Positions 11,167 through 21,883 of a stretch of 44,617 nt of DNA are shown piece by piece. The stretch's first letter is position 1; every line of letters starts with the position of its first letter. The position numbers and the translations under genes are program-made. Source of the stretch: Klebsormidium nitens (Eukaryota > Plantae > Klebsormidiophyceae); NCBI GenBank assembly GCA_000708835.1, contig DF237623.1, positions 1 to 44,617 on the forward strand. Direction: 5' to 3'. A model generated the notes under the pieces. That model did no database searches and had not been told where the DNA came from. It was given only the letters and a program-made list of their open reading frames with translations.

Positions 11167-11391
11167 TCAGCTACCTAGTACAACGCAAGTGCAAGCACCT
11201 ATGGACCATACTAGGTTTCCAATACACATCCTTTCTGTTATTGGATGTGTGAAGGTCTCTTCACATCGAATTCCTCGCAACCGAGTGCAAGTACTTGCAT
11301 TGACTTCAATTGTAAGTACAAGGGCAACTGCCAACGTGATCAGACACACCGTCGAGATCCCAGGTTTTGTTCCTACCTTAGCGGTGGGCAT
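11167..11391 (-). CDS. Candidate small secreted cysteine-rich peptide (74 aa)
   Basis: True ATG at 11391 with A at -3. Basic N-terminus, hydrophobic stretch CLITLAVALVLTI and a V-N-A|S cleavage-like site. The 42-aa mature region has 5 Cys ending in CxC. No expression or homology evidence is available. Confidence 0.4.
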   Translation of the reverse strand: MPTAKVGTKPGISTVCLITLAVALVLTIEVNASTCTRLRGIRCEETFTHPITERMCIGNLVWSIGACTCVVLGS

Positions 11392-11471
11392 ACTAGATCT
11401 TTTCTACCTAGCGTTACTGAATTTGACGCATGCCACCTAGCTGGAGGCAAAACATTGTCAGGATATAAGTT

Positions 11472-11811
11472 CTTATCCCACGACCGGTTTTTGCGCTCAG
11501 CCATTTCGGCGTTGAGTATTAGTACAGTTTCGGCGTCGAACTTAGTCGGCGACCCAGGCGTTGAATATATATTTTTATTCAACGCTCAGCGGTGGAATAG
11601 ACGCGAGACCCTTACCAGGTTCGACGATACATCGGAGTCCGGTCGTGAGATAAGTCGGTTACCCTCACTCGTGCTCGAGCATATCGAAGATTTCGCGTCA
11701 AACTCGAGCTTCATATTCCACTCGGGCCTCGGAGGCCCTCGTGGAATATCCGCTCTCGTTCGACGCGAAACTTCGATATTCTCTCGCACTCGTTGGATAA
11801 CCTTTACGTAT
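11472..11811. mobile_element. 340-bp asymmetric hairpin-rich non-autonomous element (most complete copy of the family)
   Basis: Same left end as 9907. Internal inverted copy of the left end at 11639-11654 (15/16). Long imperfect hairpin at ~11657-11802. A short imperfect inverted repeat links the ends (ttatcccacga 11473-11483 versus tcgttggataa 11790-11800). Confidence 0.85.
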
Positions 11812-11948
11812 CAAACTCGACTACTTTTAATGGTCGCCATAAGCAGCGCAATCTATAGGTTAGACTGAGCAATCGGTGCTCAGGAGCTCACTAGTCAGTT
11901 GAACAATCTACATGTGACCGCCTCCTCGCGCCTCAAAGCGTCACATTC

Positions 11949-14900
11949 CTAGTGACGAGACGGCTCATGTCCCGGTTGCCTTCCCTCAACCTCCCCTTCC
12001 GTTTCTACCTCTTCCACGTTGCTTTCCGTCGCTCCTCTCTCCTCCCTTTCATCCCCCTCCTCTCTGTCCTGGCGCGGCGCTTCCAACTCCCTTTTCGCAG
12101 CTACTTCCAAGCGCGGCCCCACGTGGGCGTCCGATCTTCCCTCCTCGCGGGCACCGTCCGGCTTTGCCGTCCGTTCCTCCTCCCCGTGCGAGACATTTTG
12201 ACCGCTGCCCTGCGGGGCCGACTCCCCGCCGCCCAGCCTTTGCATCTCTTTCCGTTCCAGCCCCGCGCGCCGTCGAATATCAAGGATTGTTTGCTCGAGG
12301 CCGGCCCGCTTGGCCTGGCCCGCGCCCTCCCGCGCCTGGTCGCGCGCCACCTTTTGCGCCTCCACGCGTTGCCGCGCCGGCTCCAGCTTCTGCATCTCGC
12401 TCTCCGCGCGCTCCTTGTCCTCGCGCCGCGAATTCTGCCGCGCCAGCCGCTCCATCTTGTGCGGCGTCGGAGGGGTCGTCAGCGGCGCGCTCAGGGGTGC
12501 CACCTGCACGGCGGGCACGACAATGAGTGCCGCAGGCCAGGGGGAAGGTGGTGTGCAATAAATTGGATGGCGAAAAGGCTGCTTTATTGGAAGAAGGCCG
12601 CTCAGTAAAGCAAGCTCAAAATGTGTGCAAGAACAGTAAGTGGTTCGGCAAAGCAGCACGTTGTTTTGGGACCGTTTCAAAGAGGGGGTTTGCAGCTGGC
12701 CACTCCGAGCAATTAATAAAGACGACCCGACCCGCTTGGATTAATAGGAGCGTCCACAATCCTGGCCAACCCCAGCCCCTCTTACGAAGATTACGCTGCA
12801 AGAGCGCGCGTCCGTCGTGGGACGGTGCTCACCACCATTTTCTCCGTGAGTGTGTCGATGAGCGCGGTGAGATTGTGGTCCACGAAGGTGCTGGTGGTGA
12901 TGACCACCCGCTCGAAGCGGCCCTTCACCGGCACGCCCGTCAGCAGCTTGGGCGGGGGGTGCCACCTGCACCAGCGCAAACCCCCCAGTTTAGAACGGCC
13001 GCACTCGCACCTTGGTGCTTGCCACAAAATGTGACGAGCCCTTTCCTTCAGTGCAACGGTTTTGCGCGATCCAGATTTGACGATCCCGGGCAAACGCAGG
13101 GGTGAACACTTCCAGGAGAAAAGGAAGAATGCCTTTTCGTCCCGGGGCGTCCTGGGGGAAGGGGTCATTGAGACGAATTGCAAATGTCGAAGGAAGAATT
13201 GCCAAGGATGCGGCTCGCCTTGTGAAGTCCAAAGACCTTCGAACGAAGGCACCCCCAGATGCCCCCGTGAAATTACATGCTTTCGAATGTCTCGGACTCC
13301 CTGGACTTTGCTTCCCTCGTTTCAATAAGGTGCCTCAAGTCGATAAGGTGCCTCACTTATGAGCATGCCAAGCAGAGTAGCTCGCGTTTTCAAGGGAAAG
13401 AGGCAACGGCAGCAACCATCTCACCTCCACGGCTCTTTGACGACCACGTGGTAGAGCCGGCCAGCGGGGTAGAGCCGGCGCGGGTCTTTCAGCCGCCGGC
13501 TGTCCGAGATGCACGAGTCGCGCAGGCACCGCGGAATGATGAAGCAGCAAGCACTGCACACAGCAACCACGCAACCACGCATTTCACCGGTTTGTGGACT
13601 GCCTACAAATGCAGGGTTTTCACGTTGGAAATCATACTATCCTGCAAGGCCTTCAATGATATCATTTCCAGTGTAAACCTATGCCGAGCAGAGCGTGGGT
13701 GCAGCCTCCAAGCACAGTCAATAGTATATAAAACCTAGATCTGGGGCCGCAACCTGGACTCTTCTGTAGAAGCAACGAGCGGAGGGCCGTACCAGGTGAT
13801 GCCGTAGCGGCAGAAGCAGGAGGTGCGATCGGCGACGGGCCAGATCTTGGCGATGGTGGTGGTGCTCATGCGAGGCAGAAAGTCGTCCTGCACGAGGGGG
13901 AAGCTGGCGCATGAAGTGTAGAAGCATCCACGGATAAGAAGTACGAGGAAAAAAGGCCGAAACTGAAACCCTGGAACAATATGGGCAGAAAAACTATTTG
14001 GCAATAGAACGTGCGAAGAAAGCCATCTTGACTCTGGGTCTTCGGACATCAAACTTTCGGTTTAATCAGTCGATCAGGAAAAATTTCTATATAGCACAAT
14101 CTCGCGCTTGTTTTTATTCGATCCTGACGAGGGTGTGAAGAGCAAACGTTACATATGAGGATGACTCAAACAACGTACAGCTATAAGCGTCGAACCTGCC
14201 ACCGAGTTCCAAACGCTCTGAGCATGTTTATCGATCTTGGATCGTCCACTGACCGACCATGAAGGCATCGGACGGGTCGAAGAGGAACCGCGCTAGGATT
14301 GTTTGGAATCCAACCGCAAGTCTGACACGATCATCCCTATCAGGGCTTTCATGTTCGACATAACAAGGATCAGGAACGAAGAAAGAATTGCATATAGTGC
14401 TGGGGTGCTCTTGGTGACACTCTTTACTCCATAAAACGCCGCTCCATCCATTGGGCAGGATACTGCACGCGGAGTGCACCCCCCCTCGAAACCGTTTTTA
14501 CAGAGTGAGTACGGCTCCTTACCTGGAGGACGACGCCATTGACGACGTCCGCGTACTTGACGGCCAGGTCCAGTGAAACGGCGCGCGGGGGCGCAATGCC
14601 ATAGCCTTTCAGGCGGTCCCTGCTTATGCCCCCTACCCGGCTGCCGTCATCAGCGACCAAGATGGTGGCCAGCATGGCGATGCCTGCACCAGGGAGGACG
14701 GCTAGAAGTCCACACGAGGCTCGGCCGCTTTGGCACCAAGGCTCGGCTTGAATCATTCACTGATATTGTGAAATTATGAGGGGTGCAAGCAGAAAGGAAG
14801 CATCGAAGCATGCTCCTGGAGCGCTTCCAAAACAACCATACAATTTCTTCTTCTTTGGCAAACGTTTCTGTAGAACAGTCCAGCAGGCCACATTACCCGC

Positions 14901-16327
14901 TCGGAGAAGCAATTCCGGAAACGAGTTTTCAAAAACGATGCGTTAATCAACTCGAAAAGATGCAGCGAGGCTTGTGAGTGCGCTGACCTGCGCCGAGAGA
15001 GTGCCCCACAAAGACGAGGTGGTAGTCAGGGTGTTTGGCGAGGAGGCCCGCCACATACTCACCCTCCATCTTGAGCAAGCACTCCGCAGCCTGCAGCCGT
15101 GAAAGGGCGCGTCGAACGCCTTCTGAGCATATGAAACGTATGGTCAAAGGGACTTGATAACATGAGTGTGTAACACTGAGGGGAGGAAATCCATCCTCCG
15201 AGTACTATTCTACGAAGCTTCTTTGTTGGTTGAATCGACACAATATTGATACTGAAGCTGGGCTTACCTGCAGCAGGCCATGGTGCACGTAGCCCCCTTG
15301 GTACATGGTCTTGCCCTTGTGGTTGTCGCACAGGGTGCGAAAGTCGTAGCGGCTCCCCATGTCAAGCCTGGAGGGGGGCACACAGAACTCCTCAATCAAA
15401 GTGACTTTCGGCCTAAGTAGGTTCAACAAGATTAGGACGTGCAATCCAGCAGGCAACGAGAGCCTCGTGAGTGTCGAGGAAGCTACAAAAGGGCCACTTT
15501 CTGAGATGCTTGAAAATTGGCACAATTGTCTTCCTGAAGTACTCTGATCAGCAGTAACTCGAAGCTGAGGGCTGTTCTTGGAGCTCACCCCCGTACCGCC
15601 ACCACCACTGTCGTGCGATCATCGTCCTGGTAGATGATCTGTACAGACACGCAATGCGATAAGCAGAGTCCAGGAACCAGAGCAAACAACCTGCCGAAAT
15701 AAACAGTTTAGCAATTGCAGCAAGCCCGAATAGTAGGAGTGCGTGTCCCTCTGTCATGTGCACTGCCCTGGTTACAAAGGCTCAGTGTAACATCACCAGG
15801 ACTGGACCAAAAATTGTCAAGAAGGCGCCGCCCCTGGCATTCTCAACCGAACCAGCGTCCATTCACAGGCAAGGATTAGAGCAGCTCACATGGGCGGGGC
15901 AATGCTGAGTGCCTGCCACCAGCCTTGGCTCTGGAGAATAAGCCACCACCTCCCCAGCATCGCGAACGGCCTCCTTGGGGCTTGCCGCGTAAGCTCCCTG
16001 CCCCAATTGAACAAGACGAGCAGATCATCAGGCTTTCATTGGAAATGAGCTGAATTGTTTTGGGGGCAAGAAGCGGTCGCTCTTTTGACAATGATGACAG
16101 CACCTGAAAAAAAAGCAACTTCTGATCTAGAAGTACACTCTGAAGCCCCTTCAACCAAGAAACCATACCATGTTCAGACGGGCAAAGTGCAGTATCTCCT
16201 GCGCCTCCTCCATGCTGGCCGCCTTCCACTCCTCCCCGCGGCTGTCGGCAGTGCCGCTGCGGCACAGCCGCGACCCGCACCAGCCCGCGCACCATGCCCC
16301 CAGCACGTACGGCAGCAGGGGGCACAT
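11949..16327 (-). CDS. Lipase class 3 / mono-diacylglycerol lipase-like protein, 10 exons, ~512 aa, with charged low-complexity C-tail
   Basis: Exons 16169-16327, 15890-15997, 15589-15638, 15268-15367, 14988-15090, 14523-14683, 13793-13887, 13425-13499, 12833-12965, 11949-12503 sum to 1539 nt in frame. Motifs GGYVHHGLL, GHSLG (nucleophile elbow), VLQDDFLPR, LKDPRRLY and GRFERVV...DH are typical of plant class-3 lipases. Confidence 0.9.
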
Positions 16328-16586
16328 CCGAGCAGGTGGCGCAAAGGTAGGGGGGTCACAAGCGCATCGCAGCCCAGCGGCCAAACAAAGCGCGTTTTCC
16401 TATCAACAGAAGAGGTCCTCTCAGCTGAAGCTAGTCCAACTTCAACTCAAGAGTCAAAGCAATGCGCCCTCACCTGACCAGCATTGCCCAGGCCGCTACA
16501 AGGGAAGAAAGCAATGGGAAGATACGCTTTCATCGACATTGTTCTGAAAAGTTGCTGAAAGCACCTGCCAAGAACATTCCGGGCTC

Positions 16587-16633
16587 AAAACCCTAAAATA
16601 GAACTTGAGTTGAGGTACTTGGGAACCCTAAAT
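16587..16633. promoter_or_regulatory. Telo-box motifs (AAACCCTAA and a near match) in the 450-bp head-to-head lipase/TypA promoter
   Basis: aaaaccctaaaa at 16587-16598 and gaaccctaaa at ~16624-16633. Telo-boxes are established in plant promoters of translation-related genes, which fits TypA. Confidence 0.5.
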
Positions 16634-16776
16634 AAACTTTCGGCACAGCTCCTGTTTACGTTTGCAAATGCTTCTGAAGTGTATGCCTCCACGAGGCGCT
16701 CATCATGCTTGCAGGTCTCATTCTGCCCCTGAGCCAGTGGGCATCTGTGATTTGAGAAGACTGCCTCGCAGCAGCG

Positions 16777-19700
16777 ATGGCGGCAATTCATCTGTTAAGG
16801 GCCGCGGCGCGGCAGCTGCTCAATGCAAAGCGGCTGCCACCCTGGAAACCCTTGGCGCCTGCCTCATCAAATGCCACCACTACTTTCAAAACACTCTTTG
16901 ATTATGGTCCCCATGCAACGGCGCGAGCCCGCTTCTCCCAGCTTGTGTTTGGCAGATCTTACTCGAGCGTTGCAGCTGCGGTCCCGGAAGCAGATGACCA
17001 GTCGGGCAGCGAAAGCGCCAGCGTGCGGGGGCCGGAGGGCATCCGGTGCTTTGCAATCATCGCGCACGTCGACCATGGCAAGACGACGCTGCTGGACCAG
17101 CTGCTGAAGCAGGTCGGGGACTCACTGACCACGGAGCGCGTTATGGACAGCATGTCGCTGGAGAAGGAGCGAGGGATCACCATTGCCGCCAAGGTGAGCG
17201 CGAGCCGCTGGCCCAAATAAGCTGTTCGCCTGTGATAGGGATTAAGTGGCCAGCAATGCTGTGTCTAGTAGTGGCTTGCGTCGCCGTTCTGCTTGGCACA
17301 CCCTGCATCGCCACCTTTCACAATTACTCATCAAGTAACTACTAAGGAGGGCCGCTTGGCTTTTCTGTGCGATGGATGGGTGGTGCAAAGTGATTTGCCC
17401 TCTCTGGCAGTCATGGCTGGCCTACAAGAAATATGCGAGACATGTGCAATAGATCGGGGAACAAGAGCTCAATTAGATAAGTATCCCTGAAGCAGCCCTG
17501 GCGCCCACCCTCTTTCAGATTCCAGACGTTTTTATCCGCGGGAAATGGTCTACTGGACGTGGCAATTTGCCCAGGTTCAAAGGGTCTCCCAACAGTAGTT
17601 TCTGCTGGACTTTGTTGTGTGGAAAACAATGCTGCGTAGAAGGATCCGTGCATCATGCGGGTATATGCAGTGAGCTAAGTGAAGTCGCTTTTCTGCATCT
17701 TCGTGACTACTACTACCCGAGTCCTGTACGTCTGTCATGGCGTTTGAATCTTCTGTGCATTACAGCAAGGTATCTCTGCTTGCAGTACACATCTCTTCCG
17801 TACAAGGGCTACACACTGAACGCTGTCGACACGCCTGGTGAGGCTTGATTATGTGTGACAGGTTTGAATGCACAATGAGTCGTTGTCCCTTCAATACAGC
17901 AATACAATCAGGCTATGCAAATGAACGAGAACCTGCAGGATGAGCAACTATCGTGGCTTCAGATCAGGGTGAGGCTGCCCACTCTCTGTCTCTCCTTCTG
18001 CTGACTGCTTCCCCACTTACAGATGTGCATTCTTCTTTCTTCAGTCCATGGCACGCTTATCACGTTACACCTATCTTCTCATGCTCATTGGCACTCTCGT
18101 GTTCACCGGCTTCCAAGCGGGGATCTAAAAGCTTTCCAAAGTGCCCTTTAACTGGCCCCCTTCCCCATGCCCACATAGCCTTTTCATAGTTAAATGATTC
18201 CTTATACCTTGCCCGCAGGCCACGCTGACTTTGGCGGTGAGGTGGAGCGCGTGCTGGACATGGTGGACGGCGCGGTCCTGCTGGTGGACGCCACGGAGGG
18301 GCCCCTTGCGCAGACCAAGTTTGTGCTCTCCAAGGCGCTGCGCCGCGGCCTGCGGCCCCTCGTGCTCTTCAACAAGGTCGACCGCCCCACCGTTACTGCG
18401 CAGGTCAGGCCAGGCCGACACGAACTCTAGTAAAAGCGCTGCAATGATTGCTTGGATTCGGGTAATCTGAGATCCGAACGAAGGGCTGTCAAGGAAAGGC
18501 GGGCCATAGTCAGCCGTTACGGGCTGAGTACCCACTCCCGCTGCATCAGTTGCTTCCAAAAGCGCTACTTCTTTGTAAGTGGCTCTGCAATAATTGCATT
18601 GACGTTTGCCTGTTTATGGGCGGGATCGTACGCCCAATTTGAATCATTCTCTTTGCGCGCCTCACTTCCGCCGCCCCTAGTTTCCATGACGCCTCCCTGA
18701 CGGTGCGCATTTGCATGTCACAGCGGTGCAGCGAGGTGGAGAGCGAGCTATTCGATCTGTTTGCGCTGCTGGGCGCCACGGACGAACAGCTGGACTTCCC
18801 GGTGCTGTACGCGTCTGCCAAGGAGGGCTGGGTCACCGCGCGCCTGCCGTCCGCCGCCGACCCGCTGCGCCCCGAGGAGCGCGTCATGGACCCGCTGCTG
18901 GACAGCATCCTGCAAAACGTGCCCCCACCGGCAGGGGACCCGGGGGGGCCCTTCAAGATGCTGGTGAGGGTCGAGAGTCGGAAGGGCGGAGAAATGGAAC
19001 AGTATGGGAAACTCTATGCAGAAGAGAGATTCTTCGTTACTTCGTTCAGACAATCACGGGCATTCTTCTGAGACGCTCGATTGATTGTCAGGATGAGCCG
19101 GAAACGTTGTAACCCTCTTGTTACAGAAGTAGCATCCTCGAAACTTTTTGCCTTCTGGTCTCTGATAAACCTTGCTGGCCGGTCGAGAGTAATCTTCTTG
19201 GGCGCTCCTTCATCTACGGGCAGCGTCCCTGGTATGCGATGCGTAGAAACCAACTCCTTGCCGACTTCAATATCTTGTGACGCAGGTGAGCATGACGGAA
19301 CGGGATCCCTTCCTAGGCCGCATTCTGACCGGCCGGATTGCCTCGGGCCGCGTGCGTGTGAACGACCGTGTTCATGCGCTGGCGCTCAAGGGCGACGGCA
19401 GCCCACACGACGACGGGCGCGTCACCAAGATCCTGAAGCGCCTGGGGGGGCTCGGGCGGGTCACCATGACGGAAGCAGGCGCGGGGGATATTGTCAGCAT
19501 AGCGGGGCTGGAGCGAGCCGGGGTCACGGACACAGTTGCGGCGGTAGAGGTTAACGAAGCATTGCCAGCGACGCCGATTGACGTGCCGACAATTAAGATG
19601 GTGATGGGGGTGAATGACTCCCCGTTGGGTGGCCGGGACGGGACACACGTGACGGGGAGTAAGATTGGAGAGCGGCTGATGTCGGAGGCGGAGAACAACG

Positions 19701-21883
19701 TGAGTATCGTGGTGAGCGCGATCGAGGGCGGCGCGGAGTCGTACGAGGTGCAGGGCCGCGGGGAGCTGCAGCTGGGGGTGCTCATCGAGACCATGCGCCG
19801 GGAGGGCTTCGAAATGTCCATCTCACCACCCGCAGGTAAGCGCTGCGAACGGACGTTTTACTGGGCCGTGAGCTCGTGACTGCGCGCCGTCCTTTGTAAG
19901 GCCTTCCTTCGTGTTACTTGCAGCGGCGTGCAGTTGGGGTCCCATCGCAAGTGCTGACGCCTGCCTTTTTGCACGTTCCGCCGGCTCAGTTCAGAATATT
20001 TTGGCATTACCTCCGCTGCTTCCCTTTCGTGAGCACTCAGTTGAATGGTTCACGATGTCTGCTCGTAGCTTCACCTTTGCAAAGACCCGGTTGTCGGCCA
20101 CTCTCACCGAGCAGAGCCGAACATTGCTCTCTTTCCTCTTCCGCTCACAATGTTTTTGGTGGCTGTTGCCCTGAGACCGTTGCCCTTTGCCCCGGCCTCT
20201 CACGTCCGCTGTTTGCGCGCGCGTGCAGTGCTGTTGCAGACGGGCGAGCGCGGCGAGAAGCTGGAGCCGATTGAGGAGGTGGTGGTGGAGGTGGACGTGC
20301 CGTACATGGGGATGGTCATCGAGGCGCTGACGCTGCGCAAGGGCGAGCTGGAGGAGATGCTGCCCGACGGCGCGGGGCCCGGCCGCGCGCGCCTCGTGTT
20401 CACGTGCCCCTCGCGCGGCCTGCTCGGCTACCGCTCCGTCTTCACCACCGACACGCACGGCACCGGCGTCATGCACCGCGCCTTCCGCGAGTGAGCGCAT
20501 GCGGCCGGCATAGAGTTTTTGGGCGACGTTGCGATTGGACATGGCGTTTCACCGTAGACAGAGCGTGGGATTAGAGTGCGGCAGCTGCCGGCGGCCGGCC
20601 TCGAAAGCGCAAAGCCGAGACTACTTACCAGTTTCATTTCCTCTTCCGATCCTGGATACAGAGCAACCTGCACATTCTCTCAAGTGTTTGATGGCGAGAC
20701 ACTTCGATCCAAAGGAGAGAAGTGTGGAGAAGAGCTCTCGAGAGGCGGCGTCGCCGTTTTGGATCCTGCTCTGTTCCGCAGTCCTGACTTTCTGCTGCGG
20801 TGGGTGGCAGGTACGGCCCGTGGCGCGGCGGTCTGGACCGCGTGCGCAAGGGCGCGCTGGTGTCCATGGCGCAGGGGCCCTCTACCGCGCACGCGCTCGG
20901 CAGCCTCGAGAGCCGCGGCGTGCTCTTCATCGCGCCGCAGGAAGACGTGAGTCCGAACACGCACCGCCCCTGGAACGCTTTTACATCCAATACTTGCGGA
21001 TCAGAAGAAAGCGAGCACTTTGGCAGCAGGAGTGGCTGCGGAAGCGGGCTGCGATTGTCGTGGCCAAGTGCGTCGTCCTCGACTAGGCGGTCACGGCAAG
21101 CGCGCGCGCGTCCATGTGCTACCCCTGTTCGATTGATGCCAACGACCAAGGCAATATCTGAACCAACGCAAGCCGCATGGGGGTGAATTGGGTCCCAACT
21201 TCTGCTCCGTTTTTCCCACAGTGCTACGACGGTATGATCATTGGCGAGCACAGCCGCGGCGAGGACCTGGAGGTGAACCCGGTGCGCGCCAAGCAGCTGA
21301 GCAACATGCGCGCGAGCGGCACCGACGAGAAGGTACGCCTGCAGCCGCCGCGCGCCATGACGCTCGAGGAGGCCATCGGATACGTCGCGGCAGACGAGCT
21401 CATCGAGGTGAGACAGACGCGTGCCGGGGGAACGGGGCCGGCCCCTCTTGTGTTCGTACCTCTCGTGCTTAAATCGAATTCTGCTGTGGAGATTGAGATG
21501 GTTTCGGACCTTGTCTGTTTCGAAACGGCAGGTAGTCTGGGATGTGCCAAAAAAAACGCCACGAAGTAAGGCGTGCCACGTAGCCACGTGGCAGGGCTCC
21601 TTAGATCCGGTATGCAAATCTGGGTAACGTTTGTGCAGCAATAATTGGATGAATCGTGCGGGTCTCGAAGCAGGTTCTGTCTGCTTTCAGTTGTCGTTCA
21701 ACAAAGACGGGTCACTGCCAGGGATGCTTGGGCTCGCTTGGTCAATGTCGCGTGCTGTCGCTGGTGCCATTTCTAACTTATGATTCCTCGTCGGTGCAGG
21801 TTACACCGAAGTCAGTGCGATTACGGAAGAAGTATCTGAACTCAAGTCAGCGGAAAAACAGCAAACGAAGGGAATCGAGTTGA
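16777..21883 (+). CDS. TypA: TypA/BipA translational GTPase, organellar (probably mitochondrial), 9 exons
   Basis: Exons 16777-17193, 17786-17837, 18219-18403, 18724-18963, 19286-19835, 20229-20490, 20811-20946, 21222-21407, 21800-21883. Motifs [56 protein letters not shown] and [14 protein letters not shown]. The N-terminus is Arg/Ala/Leu-rich like a transit peptide. Confidence 0.95.

Noticed and set aside
9907-11811. CRISPR-like interpretation of the repeated palindromic sequences
   Set aside because: No regularly spaced short direct repeats with unique spacers, and no cas genes. The context is eukaryotic.
11245-11868. 207-aa ORF, plus similar ORFs at 9926-10225, 10100-10423 and 10182-10478
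   Set aside because: They read through the non-coding hairpin repeat. The shared peptides only reflect the DNA repeat.
11952-12608. 218-aa Leu/Arg/Pro-rich plus-strand ORF
   Set aside because: Antisense to the last lipase exon.
13888-13903. Upstream alternative acceptor for the lipase DDFLPR exon
   Set aside because: It breaks the phase and the VLQ|DDFLPR homology. The acceptor at 13888 fits.
20634-21641. 335-aa minus-strand ORF
   Set aside because: Antisense to TypA exons and introns, with no recognisable motifs.
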